Part shown: piece after piece, positions 1-7,257 of the stretch | How positions within the stretch are numbered: position 1 is the first letter of the stretch | Layout: each line of letters begins with the position of its first letter | Source of the DNA: Candidatus Hermodarchaeota archaeon | GTDB taxonomy: Archaea; Asgardarchaeota; Thorarchaeia; Thorarchaeales; Thorarchaeaceae | Direction: 5' to 3' | Assembly: GCA_048885865.1 (NCBI GenBank) | Contig: JBHLLF010000071.1 | Location: forward strand, 1 to 11,199 | DNA length: 11,199 nt | Program-made: the position numbers and the translations under genes | Notes under the pieces: model-generated | Database searches by the model: none | What the model was told of the DNA's origin: nothing | What the model saw: the letters and a program-made list of their open reading frames with translations, nothing else

Positions 1-485
1 TTTGCCTTCGGTAAGAAACTCTTGATATTGCAAATCACAACCGTTTCAACGTCAGTTCCTTTAGTTGCGGCATATGCAGTAGGCGTGAAGCTTGGGTGGT
101 CAAAGACAAACACACCCTTTGCCCCTGAGTCCTTCAATTGGAAATTCAGTTCGTTTGTCTTGTACTGGGGATTACAGGTCACAGCGGTTGCCCCAGCCTT
201 CAAAATTCCAAAGAACACTGGTGGATACTGGGGCACATTAGGCATGAAAATCGCCACTTTATCGCCCTTTCCAATACCTCTGCTTGAGAGGAAATTGGCT
301 ATCCGGTCAGCATGATCCTTTACTTCAGCAAACGAATGCGCTATCCCATCGTATAGTGTGGAAGGCGCTTCAGGATGCTCAGCTGCGATCTTGTCCAATA
401 TAGCAAAGAGTGGCTCTTCAGGATAGTCTAGTGACTTCTTTACTGTTTCAGGCCATCTATGCTTGTGCCAAATCATTTCTTCCAT
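1..485 (-). CDS. Long-chain-fatty-acid--CoA ligase / AMP-forming acyl-CoA synthetase (ANL superfamily), N-terminal part, truncated by window edge
   Basis: Absent from the ORF track (no stop in window). Manual translation from ATG 485 is open to the edge: MEEMIWHKHRWPETVKKSLDYPEEPLFAILD...ADRIANFLSSRGIGKGDKVAIFMPNVPQYPPVFFGILKAGATAVTCNPQYKTNELNFQLKDSGAKGVFVFD. This is a classic FadD-type N-terminus (GxxKGDxVAIxxPN; GILKAGAxxVxxNPxY...EL..QL.DS). GGAGTG upstream; in-frame GTG at 497 is an alternative start. Confidence 0.9.
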   Translation of the reverse strand, partial: MEEMIWHKHRWPETVKKSLDYPEEPLFAILDKIAAEHPEAPSTLYDGIAHSFAEVKDHADRIANFLSSRGIGKGDKVAIFMPNVPQYPPVFFGILKAGATAVTCNPQYKTNELNFQLKDSGAKGVFVFDHPSFTPTAYAATKGTDVETVVICNIKSFLPKA

Positions 486-707
486 AGATTTGTTCACTCC
501 GTTCTCTCTCATAATTTATCAGGCGCAAAATGCCTTAGCTTTTGCGACTGGCATTACAAAGTTCTACAAAAACACTGCTTGATATAATCTTCTGCTCACT
601 TCTAATGGGCTATCTGCGCCATAGAATTGCTCGCTTTCATCAAAATTCGTTCGAAGTTGAGTTGTAGCACAAGAAATAAGAAAGCAGAGGGGAGATTGTT
701 CGCTATT

Positions 708-722
708 GTTGATAGTATCAAC
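708..722. promoter_or_regulatory. Perfect 7-1-7 inverted repeat GTTGATA-G-TATCAAC, candidate operator
   Basis: Seen directly; ends 11 nt before the GAGGTG RBS (734-739) of the dehydratase operon, in the divergent intergenic region. Confidence 0.4.
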
Positions 723-744
723 GACTGAAACATGAGGTGTACCT

Positions 745-1947
745 GTGAGCTACCCGACTGTCATCGAACAATCCAATCAAGTCCTGAAAGCGCTTGTTGA
801 TGCTGGTGAGCAAGTTCTTGGCTACATATATCCACATCCTCCACACGAATTGATCATAGCTCACGGACTCAAGCCCTCTCTTGTCCGTACTAATCCAGCA
901 GTAGTGGGGGCATATGAGGCAAGTCTACAGACATTTGCTTGTTCCTTGACTCGAAACCTGTTCAGTCAAAGAATCAATGACAGCTTTCCTCAACTGGCTG
1001 GCATACTCTTCTCAGGAAACACGTGTGACGCACTCCAGAATGTAGGCGATGTCTGGCGGAAGCGCTTCCCTGAAGACAAGGTGTTTCGTCTCACGTATCC
1101 AGTTGGCGACGCAGGTGAATCAAGTGTTGACTTCCTGGCCATGGAGATCAAGGCTTTCTCTGACAATCTAGCCACCACATATGGCAATGGTTTTTCAGAA
1201 TCGATATTCAAGACCGCAGCATTACTTCTTCATGAGATACGAGATGTGTTGCAGTTGATGTATTGTACTCGGCTTCTCTACCCCTCTCTGATTTCATACA
1301 ATGAACTCTCTCATTTTGTTGGAGAGTTTCTCACAGCTCCTACACAGGAGGTTTCAGAACGAATGAACGGAAAGTGGGAGGAGGTTGAGGAGAGTTTCGA
1401 GAATGATAATCAGATGAATAAGGTAGAACAGCTTCGCGATTCTCTGCTAAACCAAGATCTATCAGGCTATGAGGTCGATATCAATACATCTAGCCCAAGA
1501 ATCGCTGTGATTGGAGGAATGGTAGAACCAAGAACGTTTGCTGGACTTATCGAGAATATTCCCGGGGTCACTGATACAACCCTTGTGCTCGATATGTTGT
1601 CCTTTGGATTCAAGACAGTTTTCACACCCCGAGTGAATGCCGAGGGCGAACCTTTCCAAGAATCAGCGCGATCGATTCTTGGAGCACATAGTGAGCCAAC
1701 TCAGGAGGGCTTGCCGAAACGTGTCGCATTCCTCAAAGATGTACTTACGAAGCTATCAATCCAGGGACTGATAGTATGTGAGCAGTCTTTCTGTGATCCA
1801 GATGAGTTTGAAGCACCGTCCTTGGAAAAGGCTGCAGAAGAAGTCGGCGTACCAACTGTGAAACTTCCTCTTGACTCTGAACTCTCTGACCGTGCCCGAA
1901 TCGAAGGCAGAATTCAGACCTTTTTAGAAACCATTGATGCCAATTGA
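745..1947 (+). CDS. 2-hydroxyacyl-CoA dehydratase / benzoyl-CoA reductase family subunit (HgdB/BcrC/BzdN-like)
   Basis: GTG start with GAGGTG RBS. Family-type motifs: VLGYIYPHPPHELIIAHGLKP, three putative [4Fe-4S] cysteines (TFACSL, NTCDAL, SFCDPDEFE), C-terminal RIEGRIQTFLE. Confidence 0.85.
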   Translation: MSYPTVIEQSNQVLKALVDAGEQVLGYIYPHPPHELIIAHGLKPSLVRTNPAVVGAYEASLQTFACSLTRNLFSQRINDSFPQLAGILFSGNTCDALQNVGDVWRKRFPEDKVFRLTYPVGDAGESSVDFLAMEIKAFSDNLATTYGNGFSESIFKTAALLLHEIRDVLQLMYCTRLLYPSLISYNELSHFVGEFLTAPTQEVSERMNGKWEEVEESFENDNQMNKVEQLRDSLLNQDLSGYEVDINTSSPRIAVIGGMVEPRTFAGLIENIPGVTDTTLVLDMLSFGFKTVFTPRVNAEGEPFQESARSILGAHSEPTQEGLPKRVAFLKDVLTKLSIQGLIVCEQSFCDPDEFEAPSLEKAAEEVGVPTVKLPLDSELSDRARIEGRIQTFLETIDAN

Positions 1948-1960
1948 AGGAGTGAAAAGA

Positions 1961-3175
1961 ATGAGTAACGACGAGAAGCCCTATAGAAAACTAGAAACCC
2001 AAGCCCTGCTCCAGCAGATAGCTTTCCGTCACGGAATGGAAGCCATGGCGGCCTCAGAAGAGGGCAATTTGGCATGGGTGTCATCTGGATTCCCCGTTGA
2101 GATTCCAGTTGCCATGAATGTATTTCCAACCTATCCTGAGCAGGCTGGAGCGATCATTGGTGCAACAAAGATAGGACCGGAAGTCTGCGGATTTGCCGAG
2201 GACTTGGGTTATTCGCAGGAGTTGTGCTCCTATGCCCGGGCGAGCATTGGATCAACAGACAGGCCCGATGACGTAACGATGGGGGCATTACCAAGGCCGC
2301 AGGCTCTTCTTGGCTGCAATAACATCTGCGGTACAATTCTGAAGTGGTACGATGCAAATTCCGAACAGACCGGTGCTCCTGTGTTTATGCTTGACACACC
2401 ACCGCTGGAAGAAGAGCAGATGCCCCACCATCGAGCATACGTAAAACAGGGTCTGATGAGGCTCATTGATTTCTTAGCGAAGACCTTCAACACAACACTG
2501 GAAGAGGACAGATTTAGAGAAGTTTCGGACCTCTCAAGCAAAGCTATCAAGCTCTGGACCCAATCACTCAAGGCCTGCCAGAATAAGCCGAGTCCGCTCA
2601 ATTGCGCTGATCGTTTTCTGACAATGGCCCCAGTCGTTTCAAGTCGCGGCATGGAGCATTGTACGGAGTTCTACGAAGTTCTATTGGCGGAGGTTGAGGA
2701 CCGTGTCAAACAGGGTGTAGGTGCAATACGAGAGGAGAAGATCAGGCTATTGTGGGACAATATTCCTCCATGGTTCATTCTCAAATTCTTCAATAAGCTA
2801 GCTGCTCGAGGCGTCGTGTTTCCTGCAGATACTTACACTCATGCATGGTGTGGCGCCGTTGAGGGAACAGACACCAGCTCACTTCTTGATGGCATCGTTG
2901 ACATCTATTCGAATGTCTATCTCAATAAGAACCTCGATGCCAAGGTCGACAAGATGGTCCAGCTGATAGAGGACTTCGATCTGGATGGATTTGTCATGTT
3001 CTCCGTCCGGTCTTGCAAACGCTATTCACTTGGTCAGCTTGTGTCAAAGGAGATTGTGACTGAAAGAACTGGAGTCCCAGGTGTTGTGATTGAGGGTGAC
3101 ATGGTGGACAGCCGACTCTTCAACGAGGCTCAGATTCAGACTCGTGTCGATGCTCTTCTTGAGATGTTCATCTAG
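1961..3175 (+). CDS. 2-hydroxyacyl-CoA dehydratase / benzoyl-CoA reductase family subunit (HgdA/BcrB/BzdO-like)
   Basis: Motifs AWVSSGFPVEI, YPEQAGA, GYSQELCSYAR, NNICGTILKWY, RLLWDNIPPW, RSCKRYSLGQ, EGDMVDSR, TRVDALLE. Start placed at ATG 1961 behind GGAGTG (1949-1954) rather than the track's 1934. Confidence 0.87.
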   Translation: MSNDEKPYRKLETQALLQQIAFRHGMEAMAASEEGNLAWVSSGFPVEIPVAMNVFPTYPEQAGAIIGATKIGPEVCGFAEDLGYSQELCSYARASIGSTDRPDDVTMGALPRPQALLGCNNICGTILKWYDANSEQTGAPVFMLDTPPLEEEQMPHHRAYVKQGLMRLIDFLAKTFNTTLEEDRFREVSDLSSKAIKLWTQSLKACQNKPSPLNCADRFLTMAPVVSSRGMEHCTEFYEVLLAEVEDRVKQGVGAIREEKIRLLWDNIPPWFILKFFNKLAARGVVFPADTYTHAWCGAVEGTDTSSLLDGIVDIYSNVYLNKNLDAKVDKMVQLIEDFDLDGFVMFSVRSCKRYSLGQLVSKEIVTERTGVPGVVIEGDMVDSRLFNEAQIQTRVDALLEMFI

Positions 3176-3187
3176 GATGTTAAGACT

Positions 3188-3976
3188 GTGACAGAGAAAG
3201 CATTTGGAATTGGACTTGATGTTGGGTCAACAACGACAAAGGGGGTCATGGTAGACAGAAATGGATCTATCCTCGCGAGTCATCTCCAAGGCACTGGAGC
3301 CTCAGCTGCATCCGCAGTTGCACATGTCTTGGGAACTCTATTCACTGCATCTGGAAAGACCAGGGATGACTGTCGCATCATAGGTACTGGATACGGTAGA
3401 AACATAGTCGATATGGCTCATAAGACCGTGACAGAAATCACCTGTCATAGTGTAGGTGTTAATGCGCTCAATCCTGACATTCGCCTATTAATCGATGTGG
3501 GTGGTCAAGACTCCAAGGTGATTCGAATAGGGTCTAATGGTCGACCTGAAGACTTTGAACTAAATGACAAATGTAGCGCTGGTACAGGCAGATTCCTAGA
3601 AGTGATGGCACGTGTGTTAGAAGTGTCAATGGATGAATTGGGACCTTTGGCTCTTGAGTCCAAGTCACCTTGTACAATCAGCAGCACATGCACAGTATTT
3701 GCTGAGAGCGAAGTAATTGGTCGCATAGGTTCTGGCGATTCCCCTGCTGATATAGCCGCAGGTGTTCATCAGTCAATGGCCTCAAAGATAGGATCGTTAT
3801 CTAAGAGGGTAGGAGTTGCCACTCCCATAGGGGTGACAGGGGGTGTTGCACTGAATCCTGCCTTTCGTCATTACCTTTCAGAAGTCCTGAAGACGGAACT
3901 CTGGATGCCGGATATCCCTCAACTCACAGGAGCTCTTGGTGCAGCAATTATTGCCTTGAAAGATATGGAGGCATAG
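3188..3976 (+). CDS. CoA-substrate-specific enzyme activase (HgdC/HadI/BcrAD family, ASKHA ATPase with [4Fe-4S])
   Basis: GLDVGSTTTK, TGYGR, EITCH, IDVGGQDSK, NDKCSAGTGRFLE, ISSTCTVFAESE, TGGVALN, GALGAA. GTG start 12 nt after the upstream stop. Confidence 0.95.
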   Translation: MTEKAFGIGLDVGSTTTKGVMVDRNGSILASHLQGTGASAASAVAHVLGTLFTASGKTRDDCRIIGTGYGRNIVDMAHKTVTEITCHSVGVNALNPDIRLLIDVGGQDSKVIRIGSNGRPEDFELNDKCSAGTGRFLEVMARVLEVSMDELGPLALESKSPCTISSTCTVFAESEVIGRIGSGDSPADIAAGVHQSMASKIGSLSKRVGVATPIGVTGGVALNPAFRHYLSEVLKTELWMPDIPQLTGALGAAIIALKDMEA

Positions 3977-4007
3977 TTGTACTATGTCATTAGAACTTCT
4001 GCCCTAG

Positions 4008-4029
4008 TTTCTCGGGCTTTTCCGAGGAA
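4008..4029. terminator. Hairpin between convergent operons, possible terminator
   Basis: TTTCTCGG-GCTTTT-CCGAGGAA (5-bp core plus G.U/A-U extension) in the 65-nt gap between the activator and korC stops. A second short inverted repeat CATAGT/ACTATG (3972-3986) spans the activator stop. Confidence 0.3.
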
Positions 4030-4041
4030 TATTCATTTGAG

Positions 4042-4608
4042 CTACTGTTTGGCAGCCATTGCTGCCTTTCCTGCCTTCATTCCTAGGTCTAGAGCCTTGA
4101 GGTTCGTGTCCACAAATCGCGGCCATCTCTCTTCAATACGTTTCTTGAGACCCTTGACCGAGAGTTTTCCTGTTATAGCTGTGAAAGCCCCAATCATTAC
4201 AACATTTGTGGCCTGTTTTGTTCCAACCTCTTCATCAGCAATCCTGGTGGCTGGTATCTTGTAGAGAGTCACCCCCTCCGGAAGGTCCCCCTCAATTGTC
4301 ACGAGGTCTTCATCGATTATGAGAATTCCATCATCCTTGAGACCGTCGACGTACTCTAGGTAGGCTGCCCTACTCATGGCAATGAACACATCTGGTTCCT
4401 GAACCTTAGGATAGTCAATCTCTTCATCACCGATGACAAGCTCGCTCTTGCTGGCTCCCCCACGCGCCTCAGGGCCGTATGACTGAGTCTGGACAACGAA
4501 CATCTTGTCATATAGGGATGCAGTTTCTCCCATCACCACAGCCATGGTGACTACTCCTTGTCCACCAAACCCACCAATTCGGATCTCATACCTGCTCACT
4601 GAGATCAC
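4042..4608 (-). CDS. korC: 2-oxoacid:ferredoxin oxidoreductase gamma subunit
   Basis: EIRIGGFGGQGVV, QTQSYGPEARGGASKSELVI, IDYPKV, IPATRIA, NVVMIGA. GTG start overlaps the korB stop (GTGA). Confidence 0.92.
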   Translation of the reverse strand: MISVSRYEIRIGGFGGQGVVTMAVVMGETASLYDKMFVVQTQSYGPEARGGASKSELVIGDEEIDYPKVQEPDVFIAMSRAAYLEYVDGLKDDGILIIDEDLVTIEGDLPEGVTLYKIPATRIADEEVGTKQATNVVMIGAFTAITGKLSVKGLKKRIEERWPRFVDTNLKALDLGMKAGKAAMAAKQ

Positions 4609-5453
4609 CCTTTCTTCTTTAACTTCTCATTCATCTGTTTCAGAACAGAGGTATATTCCGGCTTCTCGATGTCTACGAACTCGCCACATACTATTCGTGT
4701 ATCATATTCAAGTTCAGCTTCGTGAGGTGGAAGGCCATTTTGAATCTCCGCAACTTCAAGCAAGTGTTGATGCATTTCAACACCATCACCGAGTCTGTTC
4801 ATCCTACCGAATTCAGTAGGGCATGCACCAATAATCTCGATGAAGGACAAGCCCTTCTTCTTGAGACCTCTCTCAATGGATTTGGTCGCTCTCCTCGCCT
4901 GGACAGCCGTCCACCTGGCGACGAATGTGGCTCCCGATGATGCAGCGAGTTTCACAAGGTTGAAGGGATGCTCTACATTGCCAATTGGTCTCGGGCTTGT
5001 TTGAGAATATCTCTCATGCTCCGTTGTTGGGCCGAATTGCCCCCCGGTCATTCCATAGTTGAAGTTGTTCACACAAATAATCGTCATGTCGATATTCCGT
5101 CTGCAGGCATGAATGAGGTGGTTGCCTCCGATAGCAGCGAGGTCCCCATCACCACTGACTACTATGACCTCCAGTTCGGGATTTGCAATCTTAACACCTT
5201 CAGCGAATGCAATTGCTCTTCCATGCGTTGTATGATATGTCCCGGTCTTGAAGTAGCCAGAGGTTCTGCCAGTGCAACCAATTCCCGAAACAACAACCAC
5301 CTTTGAGAAGTCAAGACCCACGTTGTCGATAGCGCGTGCTATCATCTGTGTGACTACTCCAATGGAGCAGCCAGAACAGTAGATCCATGGTTGGCGGTCA
5401 TCTCTGACATATTTCGCCATTGGATGTCGCAATATTGAGTCTGACTCGGTCAT
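4605..5453 (-). CDS. korB: 2-oxoacid:ferredoxin oxidoreductase beta subunit (TPP-binding)
   Basis: YCSGC, SGIGC, HTTHGRAIAFAEG, TPP motif GDGDLAAIGGNH...NNFNYGMTGGQ, C-terminal CPT cluster ligand. Confidence 0.95.
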   Translation of the reverse strand: MTESDSILRHPMAKYVRDDRQPWIYCSGCSIGVVTQMIARAIDNVGLDFSKVVVVSGIGCTGRTSGYFKTGTYHTTHGRAIAFAEGVKIANPELEVIVVSGDGDLAAIGGNHLIHACRRNIDMTIICVNNFNYGMTGGQFGPTTEHERYSQTSPRPIGNVEHPFNLVKLAASSGATFVARWTAVQARRATKSIERGLKKKGLSFIEIIGACPTEFGRMNRLGDGVEMHQHLLEVAEIQNGLPPHEAELEYDTRIVCGEFVDIEKPEYTSVLKQMNEKLKKKG

Positions 5454-5488
5454 GATGAGGCCACAAGTGCGTTCTCTACGCCTTCCAG

Positions 5489-5494
5489 ATATAA
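5489..5494 (-). promoter_or_regulatory. Putative TATA box (TTATAT) for korBC
   Basis: Minus strand reads CAACAACTGTTATATCTGG, about 36 nt upstream of the korB ATG. Confidence 0.4.
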
Positions 5495-5578
5495 CAGTTG
5501 TTGATGAGGACCTGTCAAAGCTCTCCGAAGAATGCTAATATTCATTCACCTTTACTTTTTGGAGCGAGGTGGGCTTAA

Positions 5579-7156
5579 ATTACAGGACATTCCATCGAGG
5601 CCATTCTCATCACAGACAAGAGTGGTAGCCCTCGATTCTATATGCAGCTCGATCCGCGTGCATTTGGAATGGACCCTGTGATGGCATCAAGCTTTTTCGC
5701 AGCTATTGATATGTTCTCAAAGGAAGTATTTGAGCAGACTGCGCCACAATTCCAGATTGATTATGGTACAAGAATATTCACAGTCATAAGCGGGGTGCAG
5801 ACTAATCTCATCTCAGTTGGTGTGCATCGCCTTACATATGATACTTTAGAGGTGTTGGACTCCCTCCTAGCGGAGTTCGAACTAGAATGGCTTCCAGCAT
5901 GCAAATCCGTTGAGCTAGGCACCTCATTTGTTGATGCCTACCTGGAATCCTTCGGAGAGAGTGTGATGAAGAAGCTCTCCTTTGAGGAACTCTCGGATAA
6001 CTGGGTGCCATATTTCACCATCAAGCCAGATGCAATTGCACTTGTTGATAGTGTGATAGCCCCCTTCATTGATGGTTCGAGAAACGTGAGAGAGATTCGC
6101 GAGGTAAGTGGGATAACTGAAGAAGAGATGATTGTTGAAACCTCAACACTATGGGCACATCGCGTCATTCGATTTCGCAACACACTCAGTTTCAATGACT
6201 TCGTGACATCACGCACTTTATTCCTAAGATATGTACAGTCGACATCTAAGGAAACAGCAGATCTTCGCAATCTGCACCCAGAGATGGTGGGTGTCATTCC
6301 AAGACTAGCCGGGCTTATGGATGGCCGACGAACTGTTCGAGAAACCCTAGCTGAGCTAGGCGGGTCTTATGACGAGCGTGAGATTCTTCGAGTGATGGAC
6401 TATTTGCTTGAGAACGATGTCATCGAGGCCCTGTCCCCTGAGAAGCGGCGTATTCTGTTGGTTAAGGAAGCCCTAGAATCTGCTCTTCGTGTTGCTGAGG
6501 AGCATTATCAGAGACAGGCAACAGAAGCGCTAAGAAGCGTAATGAACCGGAGTGACACTCCCGAAACTCTAGGCCAGCTTCGATTCGTGGATGAGAGCTG
6601 GACAGTTGACTTTGACTTCAAAATATTGGAAGGTCTAAATCATCAAAGGCTCATGCTTCTATATGGCGAATGGATGAAGATGCTAGCCCAGTTTGTTGGA
6701 GAATTGGATAGAGATAGGCTGGATGGGTTCATCGCTGGCTTAACCCAGACATTTTATCATCGCATCCTCGACCGTTATGCCTCCTATGATCTTAGAGGAT
6801 TTGAGGAGTTCACCTTCTGGCTTGAGCAGCTCAGTGCAGATCGATGGTCTCAGGTCAAGGTGATAAAAACTGGATCATTGCAGCCCACAAAAGTTGAGGC
6901 TGTGGAAGAAATGGTCTATGTCCTTGTAACTAGGGGACAGGTAATCTATGGTCCTGAACGCATCTCCCGGATATGCACTGCAGTTGGAATACCTCTAGCT
7001 GATGTTCCCCCGGATTTCTGGGTAGGATGGCAAAAAACACAGAGCCTTGAGCGCTTCCTAGTTGAGTATGGGAAGCTGGGCAGTGCTGCGAAGCTCACTC
7101 TACTTATACTATCAAGACAACTAGGGGTCGCGCTACCAAGAGGGATTTTTCGATAA
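5579..7156 (+). CDS. Longin-like domain + tandem winged-helix protein, NPRL2 (GATOR1/Npr2)-like; probable ATT start (track start ATG 5642)
   Basis: Frame is open from ATT 5579 (TAA at 5576), adding ITGHSIEAILITDKSGSPRFY. This completes a longin-like pattern (beta hairpin, helix DPVMASSFFAAIDMFSKEVF, strands QIDYGTRIFTVISG/NLISVG, helix LEVLDSLLAEFELEW). Then WVPYFT...IAPFIDGSRNVREI...LWAHRVIRF, a second unit LMDGRRTVRET...LLENDVIE, and a helical C-terminus. Confidence 0.6.
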   Translation: MTGHSIEAILITDKSGSPRFYMQLDPRAFGMDPVMASSFFAAIDMFSKEVFEQTAPQFQIDYGTRIFTVISGVQTNLISVGVHRLTYDTLEVLDSLLAEFELEWLPACKSVELGTSFVDAYLESFGESVMKKLSFEELSDNWVPYFTIKPDAIALVDSVIAPFIDGSRNVREIREVSGITEEEMIVETSTLWAHRVIRFRNTLSFNDFVTSRTLFLRYVQSTSKETADLRNLHPEMVGVIPRLAGLMDGRRTVRETLAELGGSYDEREILRVMDYLLENDVIEALSPEKRRILLVKEALESALRVAEEHYQRQATEALRSVMNRSDTPETLGQLRFVDESWTVDFDFKILEGLNHQRLMLLYGEWMKMLAQFVGELDRDRLDGFIAGLTQTFYHRILDRYASYDLRGFEEFTFWLEQLSADRWSQVKVIKTGSLQPTKVEAVEEMVYVLVTRGQVIYGPERISRICTAVGIPLADVPPDFWVGWQKTQSLERFLVEYGKLGSAAKLTLLILSRQLGVALPRGIFR

Positions 7157-7257
7157 GGAATCGTAAAGAGCCTCAAGATTAGAATCTGGATATGTCAGGA
7201 CAATTATTAACTAAAAATCTGCTCAAAGAATACCATTAATCCGTGGGAAGTCTGATT

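Noticed and set aside
22-315. 97-aa + strand ORF
   Set aside because: Antisense shadow of the acyl-CoA ligase on the - strand; no motifs.
990-3726. Short - strand ORFs (990-1211, 1462-1659, 1914-2129, 2154-2357, 2230-2652, 3505-3726)
   Set aside because: Lie antisense within well-supported dehydratase/activator genes; no recognisable features.
745-3976. Firm call as benzoyl-CoA reductase (bcr/bzd)
   Set aside because: Only one activator gene and no ring-cleavage genes in the window; the family is supportable but the substrate is not.
3977-5306. + strand ORFs 3977-4264, 4505-4819, 4722-4940, 4968-5306
   Set aside because: Antisense to korC/korB.
5938-7176. - strand ORFs 5938-6297 and 6946-7176
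   Set aside because: Antisense to the longin-wHTH gene.
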